DNA from: Eledone cirrhosa
Taxonomy: Eukaryota
Direction: 5' to 3'
NCBI GenBank assembly: GCA_964016885.1
Contig: OZ024759.1
Span: 1,488,001 to 1,552,000 of the forward strand
DNA: 64,000 nt
Shown: piece after piece, positions 1-13,769 of the stretch
Position numbering within the stretch: the first letter of the stretch is position 1
How the letters are laid out: each line of letters begins with the position of its first letter
The notes under the pieces: model-generated
The model's input: the letters and a program-made list of their open reading frames with translations, nothing else
What the model was told of the DNA's origin: nothing
The model's database searches: none
Translations under genes and position numbers: made by a program

Positions 1-3000
1 TAGTAACATGACAAAGTCTATATTAGTAACATGACAAAGTCTATATTAGTAACATGACACAGTCTATATTAGTAACATGACACAGTCTATATTAGTAACA
101 TCACACAGTCTATATTAGTAACATGACAAAGTCTATATTAGTAACATGGCAAAGTCTATATTAGTAACATGACAAGGCCTATATTAGTAACATGACAAAG
201 TCTATATTAGTAACATGACACTGTCTATATTAGTAACTTGACAAAGTCTATATTAGTAACATGACACAGTCTATATTAGTAACATGACACAGTCTATATT
301 AGTAACATGACAAAGTCTATATTAGTAGCATGACAAAGTCTATATTAGTAACATGACAAAGTCTATATTAGTAACATGACACAGTCTATGTTAGTAACAT
401 GACAAAGTCTATATTAGTAACATGACAAAGTCTATATTAGTAACATGACACAGTCTATATTAGTAACATGACAAAGTCTATATTAGTAGCATGACACAGT
501 CTATATTAGTAACATGACAAAGTCTATATTAGTAACATGACAAAGTCTATATTAGTAGCATGACACAGTCTATATTAGTAACATGACAAAGTCTATATTA
601 GTAACATGACACAGTCTATATTAGTAACATGACAAAGTCTATATTAGTAACATGACAAAGTCTATATTAGTAACATGACACGACTATATTAGTAACATGA
701 CAAAGTCTATATTAGTAACATGACACTGTCTATATTAGTAACTTGACAAAGTCTATATTAGTAACATGACACAGTCTATATTAGTAACATGACAGTCTAT
801 ATTAGTAACATGACAAAGTCTATATTAGTAGCATGACACAGTCTATATTAGTAACATGACAAAGTCTATATTAGTAACATGACAAAGTCTATATTAGTAA
901 CATGACACAGTCTATATTAGTAACATGACACAGTCTATATTAGTAACATGACAAAGTCTATATTAGTAGCATGACAAAGTCTATATTAGTAACATGACAC
1001 AGTCTATATTAGTAACATGACAAAGTCTATATTAGTAGCATGACAACGTCTATATTGGTAACATGACAAAGTCTATATTAGTAACATGACAGTCTATATT
1101 AGTAACATGACAGTCTATATTAGTAAAATGACAGTCCATATTAGTAGCATGACAAAGTCTATATTAGTAACATGACAAAGTCTATATTAGTAACATGACA
1201 CCGTCTATATTAGTAACATGACACAGTCTATATTAGTAACATCACACAGTCTATATTAGTAACATGACAAAGTCTATATTAGTAACATGGCAAAGTCTAT
1301 ATTAGTAACATAACAAAGTCTATATTAGTAACATGACAAGGCCTATATTAGTAATATGACACAGTCTATATTAGTAACATGACAAAGTCTATATTAGTAA
1401 CATGACAGTCTATATTAGTAACATGACAAAGTCTATATTAGTAACATGACAAAGTCTATATTAGTAACATGACAGTCTATATTAGTAACATGACACAGTC
1501 TATATTAGTAACATGACAAAGTCTATATTAGTAACATGACACAGTCTATATTAGTAACATGACACAGTCTATATTAGTAACATGGCACAGTTTATATTAG
1601 TAACATGACAAAGTCTATATTAGTAACATGACAAAGTCTATATTAGTAACATGGCAGTCTATATTAGTAACATGACAAAGTCTATATTAGTAACATGACA
1701 CAGTCTATATTAGTAACATGACAAAGACTCTATTAGTAACATGACAAATTCTATATTAGTAACATGACAGTCTATATTAGTAACATGACAAAATCTATAT
1801 TAGTAACATGACAGTCTATATTAGTAACATGACAAAGTCTATATTAGTAACATGACAGTCTATATTGTACCATGACACAGTCTATATTAGTAACATGACA
1901 TAGTCTATATTAGTAACATGACAAAGTCTATATTAGTAACATGACAAAGTCTATATTAGTAGCATGACACAGTCTATATTAGTAACATGACAAAGTCTAT
2001 ATTAGTAACATGACAAAGTCTATATTAGTAGCATGACACAGTCTATATTAGTAACATGACAAAGTCTATATTAGTAACATGACACAGTCTATATTAGTAA
2101 CATGACAAAGTCTATATTAGTAACATGACAAAGTCTATATTAGTAACATGACACAGTCTATATTAGTAACATGACAAAGTCTATATTAGTAACATGACAC
2201 TGTCTATATTAGTAACTTGACAAAGTCTATATTAGTAACATGACACAGTCTATATTAGTAACATGACAGTCTATATTAGTAACTTGACAAAGTCTATATT
2301 AGTAACATGACACAGTCTATATTAGTAACATGACACAGTCTATATTAGTAACATGACAAAGTCTATATTAGTAGCATGACAAAGTCTATATTTGTAACAT
2401 GACAAAGTCTATATTAGTAACATGACACAGTCTATGTTAGTAACATGACACAGTCTATATTAGTAACATGACAAAGTCTATATTAGTAGCATGACACAGT
2501 CTATATTAGTAACATGACAAAGTCTATATTAGTAACATGACAAAGTCTATATTAGTAGCATGACACAGTCTATATTAGTAACATGACAAAGTCTATATTA
2601 GTAACATGACACAGTCTATATTAGTAACATGACAAAGTCTATATTAGTAACATGACAAAGTCTATATTAGTAACATGACACAGTCTATATTAGTAACATG
2701 ACAAAGTCTATATTAGTAACATGACACTGTCTATATTAGTAACTTGACAAAGTCTATATTAGTAACATGACACAGTCTATATTAGTAACATGACAGTCTA
2801 TATTAGTAACTTGACAAAGTCTATATTAGTAACATGACACAATCTATATTAGTAACATGACACAGTCTATATTAGTAACATGACAAAGTCTATATTAGTA
2901 GCATGACAAAGTCTATATTTGTAACATGACAAAGTCTATATTAGTAACATGACACAGTCTATGTTAGTAACATGACAAAGTCTATATTAGTAACATGACA

Positions 3001-6000
3001 AAGTCTATATTAGTAACATGACACAGTCTATATTAGTAACATGACAAAGTCTATATTAGTAGCATGACAAAGTCTATATTAGTAACATGACAGTCTATAT
3101 TAGTAACATGACAAAGTCTATATTAGTAACATGACAGTCTATATTGTAACATGATACAGTCTATATTAGTAACATGACACAGTTTATATTAGTAACATGA
3201 CATAGTCTATATTAGTAACATGACAAAGTCTATATTAGTAACATGACAGTCTATATTGTAACATGACACAGTCTATATTAGTAACATGACACAGTCTATA
3301 TTAGTAACATGACAGTCTATATTAGTAACATGACAAAGTCTATATTAGTAGCATGACACACTCTATATTAGTAACATGACAAAGTCTATATTAGTAACAT
3401 GACAAAGTCTATATTAGTAACATGACACAGTCTATATTAGTAACATGACACAGTCTATATTAGTAACATGACAAAGTCTATATTAGTAGCATGACAATGT
3501 CTATATTAGTAACATGACACAGTCTATATTAGTAACATGACAAAGTCTATATTAGTAGCATGACAACGTCTATATTAGTAACATGACAAAGTCTATATTA
3601 GTAACATGACAGTCTATATTAGTAACATGACAGTCTATATTAGTAAAATGACAGTCCATATTAGTAGCATGACAAAGTCTATATTAGTAACATGACAACG
3701 TCTATATTAGTAACATGACACCGTCTATATTAGTAACATGACACAGTCTATATTAGTAACATCACACAGTCTATATTAATAACATGACAAAGTCTATATT
3801 AGTAACATGGCAAAGTCTATATTAGTAACATGACAAAGTCTATATTAGTAACATGACAAGGCCTATATTAGTAATATGACACAGTCTATATTAGTAACAT
3901 GACAAAATCTATATTAGTAACATGACAGTCTATATTAGTAACATGACAAAGTCTATATTAGTAACATGACAAAGTCTATATTAGTAACATGACAGTCTAT
4001 ATTAGTAACATGACACAGTCTATATTAGTAACATGACAAAGTCTATATTAGTAACATGACACAGTCTATATTAGTAACATGACACAGTCTATATTAGTAA
4101 CATGACACAGTTTATATTAGTAACATGACAAAGTCTATATTAGTAACATGACAAAGTCTATATTAGTAACATGGCAGTCTATATTAGTAACATGACAAAG
4201 TCTATATTAGTAACATGACACAGTCTATATTAGTAACATGACAAAGACTCTCTTAGTAACATGACAAATTCTATATTAGTAACATGACAGTCTATATTAG
4301 TAACATGACAAAATCTATATTAGTAACATGACAGTCTATATTAGTAACATGACAAAGTCTATATTAGTAACATGACAGTCTATATTGTACCATGACACAG
4401 TCTATATTAGTAACATGACATAGTCTATATTAGTAACATGACAAAGTTTATATTAGTAACATGACAGTCTATATTGTAAAATGACACAGTCTATATTAGT
4501 AACATGACACAGTCTATATTAGTAACATGACAGTCTATATTAGTAACATGACACAGTCTATATTAGTAACATGACACAGTCTATATTAGTAACATGACAG
4601 TCTATATTAGTAGCATGGCAATGTCTATATTAGTAACATGACACAGTCTATATTAGTAACAAGACTTAGTCTATATTAGTAACATGACATAGTCTATATT
4701 AGTAGCATGACAAAGTCTATATTAGTAACATGACAAAGTCTATATTAGTAACATGACACAGTCTATCTTAGTAACATGACAAAGTCTATATTAGTAACAT
4801 GACACAGTCTATATTAGTAACATGACAAAGTCTATATTAGTAGCATGACAAAGTCTATATTAGTAACATGACACAGTCTATATTAGTAACATGACAAAGT
4901 CTATATTAGTAACATGACAAAGTCTATATTAGTAACATGACAAAGTCTATATTAGTAACATGACAAAGTCTATATTAGTAACATGACACAGTCTATATTA
5001 GTACCATGACAGTCTATATTAGTAGCATGACAAAGTCTATATTAGTAACATGACAAAGTCTATATTAGTAACATGACACAGTCTATATTAGTAACATGAC
5101 ACAGTCTATATTAGTAACATGACAGTCTATATTAGTAACATGACAAAGTCTATATTAGTAACATGGCAAAGTCTATATTAGTAACATGACAGTCTATATT
5201 AGTAGCATGGCAATGTCTATATTAGTAACATGACAAAGTCTATATTAGTAACATGACAAAGTCTATATTAGTAACATGCCAAAGTCTATATTAGTAGCAT
5301 GACAAAGTCTATATTAGTAGCATGACACAGTCTATTTTAGTAACATGACAAAGTCTATATTAGTAACATGACACAGTCTATATTAGTAACATGACAGTCT
5401 ATATTAGTAACATGACAAAGTCTATATTAGTAACATGACAAAGTCTATATTAGTAACATGACACAGTCTATATTAGTAACATGACAGTCTATATTAGTAA
5501 CATGACAAAGTCTATATTAGTAACATGACAAAGTCTATATTAGTAACATGACAAAGTCTATATTAGTAACATGACAAAGTCTATATTAGTAGCATGACAC
5601 AGTCTATATTAGTAACATGACAAAGTCTATATTAGTAACATGACAAAGTCTATATTAGTAGCATGACACAGTCTATATTAGTAACATGACAAAGTCTATA
5701 TTAGTAACATGACACAGTCTATATTAGTAACATGACAAAGTCTATATTAGTAACATGACAAAGTCTATATTAGTAACATGACACAGTCTATATTAGTAAC
5801 ATGACAAAGTCTATATTAGTAACATGACACTGTCTATATTAGTAACTTGACAAAGTCTATATTAGTAACATGACACAGTCTATATTAGTAACATGACAGT
5901 CTATATTAGTAACATGACAAAGTCTATATTAGTAGCATGACACAGTCTATATTAGTAACATGACAAAGTCTATATTAGTAACATGACACAGTCTATATTA

Positions 6001-9000
6001 GTAACATGACACAGTCTATATTAGTAACATGACAAAGTCTATATTAGTAGCATGACAAAGTCTATATTAGTAACATGACACAGTCTATATTAGTAACATG
6101 ACAAAGTCTATATTAGTAGCATGACAACGTCTATATTAGTAACATGACAAAGTCTATATTAGTAACATGACAGTCTATATTACTAACATGACAGTCTATA
6201 TTAGTAAAATGACAGTCCATATTAGTAGCATGACAAAGTCTATATTAGTAACATGACAAAGTCTATATTAGTAACATGACACCGTCTATATTAGTAACAT
6301 GACACAGTCTATATTAGTAACATCACACAGTCTATATTAGTAACATGACAAAGTCTATATTAGTAACATGGCAAAGTCTATATTAGTAACATAACAAAGT
6401 CTATATTAGTAACATGACAAGGCCTATATTAGTAATATGACACAGTCTATATTAGTAACATGACAAAGTCTATATTAGTAACATGACAGTCTATATTAGT
6501 AACATGACAAAGTCTATATTAGTAACATGACAAAGTCTATATTAGTAACATGACAGTCTATATTAGTAACATGACACAGTCTATATTAGTAACATGACAA
6601 AGTCTATATTAGTAACATGACACAGTCTATATTAGTAACATGACACAGTCTATATTAGTAACATGGCACAGTTTATATTAGTAACATGACAAAGTCTATA
6701 TTAGTAACATGACAAAGTCTATATTAGTAACATGGCAGTCTATATTAGTAACATGACAAAGTCTATATTAGTAACATGACACAGTCTATATTAGTAACAT
6801 GACAAAGACTCTATTAGTAACATGACAAATTCTATATTAGTAACATGACAGTCTATATTAGTAACATGACAAAATCTATATTAGTAACATGACAGTCTAT
6901 ATTAGTAACATGACAAAGTCTATATTAGTAACATGACAGTCTATATTGTACCATGACACAGTCTATATTAGTAACATGACATAGTCTATATTAGTAACAT
7001 GACAAAGTCTATATTAGTAACATGACAGTCTATATTGTAAAATGACACAGTCTATATTAGTAACATGACACAGTCTATATTAGTAACATGACAGTCTATA
7101 TTAGTAACATGACACAGTCTATATTAGTAACATGACACAGTCTATATTAGTAACATGACAGTCTATATTAGTAGCATGGCAATGTCTATATTAGTAACAT
7201 GACACAGTCTATATTAGTAACAAGACTTAGTCTATATTAGTAACATGACATAGTCTATATTAGTAGCATGACAAAGTCTATATTAGTAACATGACAAAGT
7301 CTATATTAGTAACATGACACAGTCTATCTTAGTAACATGACAAAGTCTATATTAGTAACATGACACAGTCTATATTAGTAACATGACAAAGTCTATATTA
7401 GTAGCATGACAAAGTCTATATTAGTAACATGACACAGTCTATATTAGTAACATGACAAAGTCTATATTAGTAACATGACAAAGTCTATATTAGTAACATG
7501 ACAAAGTCTATATTAGTAACATGACAAAGTCTATATTAGTAACATGACACAGTCTATATTAGTAACATGACACAGTCTATATTAGTAACATGACAAAGTC
7601 TATATTAGTAACATGACAAAGTCTATATTAGTAACATGACAGTCTATATTAGTAACATGACAAAGTCTATATTAGTAACATGACACAGTCTATATTAGTA
7701 ACATGACAAAGTCTCTATTAGTAACATGACAAAGTCTATATTAGTAACATGACAGTCTATATTAGTAACATGACAAAGTCTCTATTAGTAACATGACAAA
7801 GTCTATATTAGTAACATGACAGTCTATATTAGTAACATGACACAGTCTATATTAGTAACATGACAAAGTCTATATTAGTAACATGACAAAGTCTATATTA
7901 GTAACATGACAAAGTCTATATTAGTAACATGACACAGTCTATATTAGTAACATGACACAGTCTATATTAGTAACATCACACAGTCTATATTAGTAACATG
8001 ACAAAGTCTATATTAGTAACATGGCAAAGTCTATATTAGTAACATGACAAGGCCTATATTAGTAACATGACAAAGTCTATATTAGTAACATGACACTGTC
8101 TATATTAGTAACTTGACAAAGTCTATATTAGTAACATGACACAGTCTATATTAGTAACATGACACAGTCTATATTAGTAACATGACAAAGTCTATATTAG
8201 TAGCATGACAAAGTCTATATTAGTAACATGACAAAGTCTATATTAGTAACATGACACAGTCTATGTTAGTAACATGACAAAGTCTATATTAGTAACATGA
8301 CAAAGTCTATATTAGTAACATGACACAGTCTATATTAGTAACATGACAAAGTCTATATTAGTAGCATGACACAGTCTATATTAGTAACATGACAAAGTCT
8401 ATATTAGTAACATGACAAAGTCTATATTAGTAGCATGACACAGTCTATATTAGTAACATGACAAAGTCTATATTAGTAACATGACACAGTCTATATTAGT
8501 AACATGACAAAGTCTATATTAGTAACATGACAAAGTCTATATTAGTAACATGACACGACTATATTAGTAACATGACAAAGTCTATATTAGTAACATGACA
8601 CTGTCTATATTAGTAACTTGACAAAGTCTATATTAGTAACATGACACAGTCTATATTAGTAACATGACAGTCTATATTAGTAACATGACAAAGTCTATAT
8701 TAGTAGCATGACACAGTCTATATTAGTAACATGACAAAGTCTATATTAGTAACATGACAAAGTCTATATTAGTAACATGACACAGTCTATATTAGTAACA
8801 TGACACAGTCTATATTAGTAACATGACAAAGTCTATATTAGTAGCATGACAAAGTCTATATTAGTAACATGACACAGTCTATATTAGTAACATGACAAAG
8901 TCTATATTAGTAGCATGACAACGTCTATATTGGTAACATGACAAAGTCTATATTAGTAACATGACAGTCTATATTAGTAACATGACAGTCTATATTAGTA

Positions 9001-9821
9001 AAATGACAGTCCATATTAGTAGCATGACAAAGTCTATATTAGTAACATGACAAAGTCTATATTAGTAACATGACACCGTCTATATTAGTAACATGACACA
9101 GTCTATATTAGTAACATCACACAGTCTATATTAGTAACATGACAAAGTCTATATTAGTAACATGGCAAAGTCTATATTAGTAACATAACAAAGTCTATAT
9201 TAGTAACATGACAAGGCCTATATTAGTAATATGACACAGTCTATATTAGTAACATGACAAAGTCTATATTAGTAACATGACAGTCTATATTAGTAACATG
9301 ACAAAGTCTATATTAGTAACATGACAAAGTCTATATTAGTAACATGACAGTCTATATTAGTAACATGACACAGTCTATATTAGTAACATGACAAAGTCTA
9401 TATTAGTAACATGACACAGTCTATATTAGTAACATGACACAGTCTATATTAGTAACATGGCACAGTTTATATTAGTAACATGACAAAGTCTATATTAGTA
9501 ACATGACAAAGTCTATATTAGTAACATGGCAGTCTATATTAGTAACATGACAAAGTCTATATTAGTAACATGACACAGTCTATATTAGTAACATGACAAA
9601 GACTCTATTAGTAACATGACAAATTCTATATTAGTAACATGACAGTCTATATTAGTAACATGACAAAATCTATATTAGTAACATGACAGTCTATATTAGT
9701 AACATGACAAAGTCTATATTAGTAACATGACAGTCTATATTGTACCATGACACAGTCTATATTAGTAACATGACATAGTCTATATTAGTAACATGACAAA
9801 GTCTATATTAGTAACATGACA
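1..9821. repeat. Higher-order duplication: block 1-~1946 recurs at ~7876-9821 (offset 7875); related blocks recur at 2520/2561/2794-bp steps in between
   Basis: Rare markers share one offset: CATCACAC 101/7976, CACGACTAT 681/8556, TATTGGTAAC 1057/8932. GACACCGTC occurs at 1201, 3721, 6282 and 9076. Confidence 0.9.
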
Positions 9822-12800
9822 GTCTATATTGTAAAATGACACAGTCTATATTAGTAACATGACACAGTCTATATTAGTAACATGACAGTCTATATTAGTA
9901 ACATGACACAGTCTATATTAGTAACATGACACAGTCTATATTAGTAACATGACAGTCTATATTAGTAGCATGGCAATGTCTATATTAGTAACATGACACA
10001 GTCTATATTAGTAACAAGACTTAGTCTATATTAGTAACATGACATAGTCTATATTAGTAGCATGACAAAGTCTATATTAGTAACATGACAAAGTCTATAT
10101 TAGTAACATGACACAGTCTATCTTAGTAACATGACAAAGTCTATATTAGTAACATGACACAGTCTATATTAGTAACATGACAAAGTCTATATTAGTAGCA
10201 TGACAAAGTCTATATTAGTAACATGACACAGTCTATATTAGTAACATGACAAAGTCTATATTAGTAACATGACAAAGTCTATATTAGTAACATGACAAAG
10301 TCTATATTAGTAACATGACAAAGTCTATATTAGTAACATGACACAGTCTATATTAGTAACATGACACAGTCTATATTAGTAACATGACAAAGTCTATATT
10401 AGTAACATGACAAAGTCTATATTAGTAACATGACAGTCTATATTAGTAACATGACAAAGTCTATATTAGTAACATGACACAGTCTATATTAGTAACATGA
10501 CAAAGTCTCTATTAGTAACATGACAAAGTCTATATTAGTAACATGACAGTCTATATTAGTAACATGACAAAGTCTCTATTAGTAACATGACAAAGTCTAT
10601 ATTAGTAACATGACAGTCTATATTAGTAACATGACACAGTCTATATTAGTAACATGACAAAGTCTATATTAGTAACATGACAAGGCCTATATTAGTAACA
10701 TGACAAAGTCTATATTAGTAACATGAGACTGTCTATATTAGTAACTTGACAAAGTCTATATTAGTAACATGACACAGTCTATATTAGTAACATGACACAG
10801 TCTATATTAGTAACATGACAAAGTCTATATTAGTAACATGACAAAGTCTATATTAGTAACATGACAAAGTCTATATTAGTAACATGGCAGTCTATATTAG
10901 TAACATGACAAAGTCTATATTAGTAACATGACACAGTCTATATTAGTAACATGACAAAGACTCTATTAGTAACATGACAAATTCTATATTAGTAACATGA
11001 CAGTCTATATTAGTAACATGACAAAATCTATATTAGTAACATGACAGTCTATATTAGTAACATGACAAAGTCTATATTAGTAACATGACAGTCTATATTG
11101 TACCATGACACAGTCTATATTAGTAACATGACATAGTCTATATTAGTAACATGACAAAGTCTATATTAGTAACATGACAGTCTATATTGTAAAATGACAC
11201 AGTCTATATTAGTAACATGACACAGTCTATATTAGTAACATGACAGTCTATATTAGTAACATGACACAGTCTATATTAGTAACATGACACAGTCTATATT
11301 AGTAACATGACAGTCTATATTAGTAGCATGGCAATGTCTATATTAGTAACATGACACAGTCTATATTAGTAACAAGACTTAGTCTATATTAGTAACATGA
11401 CATAGTCTATATTAGTAGCATGACAAAGTCTATATTAGTAACATGACAAAGTCTATATTAGTAACATGACACAGTCTATCTTAGTAACATGACAAAGTCT
11501 ATATTAGTAACATGACACAGTCTATATTAGTAACATGACAAAGTCTATATTAGTAGCATGACAAAGTCTATATTAGTAACATGACACAGTCTATATTAGT
11601 AACATGACAAAGTCTATATTAGTAACATGACAAAGTCTATATTAGTAACATGACAAAGTCTATATTAGTAACATGACAAAGTCTATATTAGTAACATGAC
11701 ACAGTCTATATTAGTAACATGACACAGTCTATATTAGTAACATGACAAAGTCTATATTAGTAACATGACAAAGTCTATATTAGTAACATGACAGTCTATA
11801 TTAGTAACATGACAAAGTCTATATTAGTAACATGACACAGTCTATATTAGTAACATGACAAAGTCTCTATTAGTAACATGACAAAGTCTATATTAGTAAC
11901 ATGACAGTCTATATTAGTAACATGACAAAGTCTCTATTAGTAACATGACAAAGTCTATATTAGTAACATGACAGTCTATATTAGTAACATGACACAGTCT
12001 ATATTAGTAACATGACACAGTCTATATTAGTAACATGACAAAGTCTATATTAGTAACATGACAAGGCCTATATTAGTAACATGACAAAGTCTATATTAGT
12101 AACATGACACAGTCTATATTAGTAACATGACAAAGTCTATATTAGTAGCATGACAAAGTCTATATTAGTAACATGACACAGTCTATATTAGTAACATGAC
12201 AAAGTCTATATTAGTAGCATGACAAAGTCTATATTAGTAACATGACAAAGTCTATATTAGTAACATGACACAGTCTATATTAGTAACATGACAGTCTATA
12301 TTAGTAACATGACAGTCCATATTAGTAGCATGACAAAGTCTATATTAGTAACATGACAAAGTCTATATTAGTAACATGACAAAGTCTATATTAGTAACAT
12401 GACAAAGTCTATATTAGTAACATGACAAAGTCTATATTAGTAACATGACACAGACTATATTAGTAACATGACATAGTCTATATTAGTAACATGACAAAGT
12501 CTATATTAGTAGCATGACACAGTCTATATTAGTAACATGACACAGTCTATATTAGTAACATGACAGTCTATATTAGTAACATGACAAAGTCTATATTAGT
12601 AGCATGACAAAGTCTATATTAGTAACATGACCCAGTCTATATTAGTAACATGACAATCTATATTAGTAACATGACACAGTCTATATTAGTAGCATGACAA
12701 AGTCTATATTAGTAACATGACAGTCTATATTAGTAACATGACGAAGTCTATATTAGTAGCATGACAAAGTCTATATTAGTAGCATGACACAGTCTATATT

Positions 12801-13769
12801 AGTAACATGACACAATCTATATTTGTAACATGACACAGTCTATATTAGTAACATGACAAAGTCTATATTAGTAGCATGACAAAGTCTATATTAGTAACAT
12901 GACAAAGTCTATATTAGTAACATGACACAGTCTATATTAATAACATGACAAAGTCTATATTAGTAACATGACAAAGTCTATATTAGTAACATGACACAGT
13001 CTATATTAGTAATATCACAAAGTCTATATTAGTAACATGACACTGTCTATATTAGTAACTTGACAAAGTCTATATTATTAACATGCCACAGTCTATATTA
13101 GTAACATGACACAGTCTATATTAGTAACATGACACAGTTTATATTAGTAACATGACAAAGTCTATATTAGTAACATGACAAAGTCTATATTAGTAACATG
13201 GCAGTCTATATTAGTAACATGACAAAGTCTATATTAGTAACATGACACAGTCTATATTAGTAACATGACAAAGACTCTATTAGTAACATGACAAAGTCTA
13301 TATTAGTAGCATGACACAGTCTATATTAGTAACATGACACAGTCTATATTAGTAACATGACACAGTCTATATTAGTAAAATGACACAGTCTATATTAGTA
13401 ACATGACACAGTCTATATTAGTAACATGACAAAGTCTATATTAGTAGCATGACAAAGTCTATATTAGTATCATGACAAAGTCTATATTAGTAACATGACA
13501 CAGTCTATATTAGTAACATGACAAAGTCTATATTAGTAACATGACAAAGTCTATATTAGTAACATGACAGTCTATATTAGTAACATGACAAAGACTCTAT
13601 TAGTAACATGACAAATTCTATATTAGTAACATGACAGTCTATATTAGTAACATGACAAAATCTATATTAGTAACATGACAGTCTATATTAGTAACATGAC
13701 AGTCTATATTGTACCATGACACAGTCTATATTAGTAACATGACATAGTCTATATTAGTAACATGACAAA

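Noticed and set aside
4-23. p53-family response element around CATG
   Set aside because: TAACATGACA has three mismatches to RRRCWWGYYY and no valid adjacent second half-site.
238-270. Sigma70 promoter from the TTGACA variant plus a TATATT -10-like hexamer
   Set aside because: TATATT lies 5 bp (or 28 bp) after TTGACA, not 16-18 bp, and there is no downstream gene.
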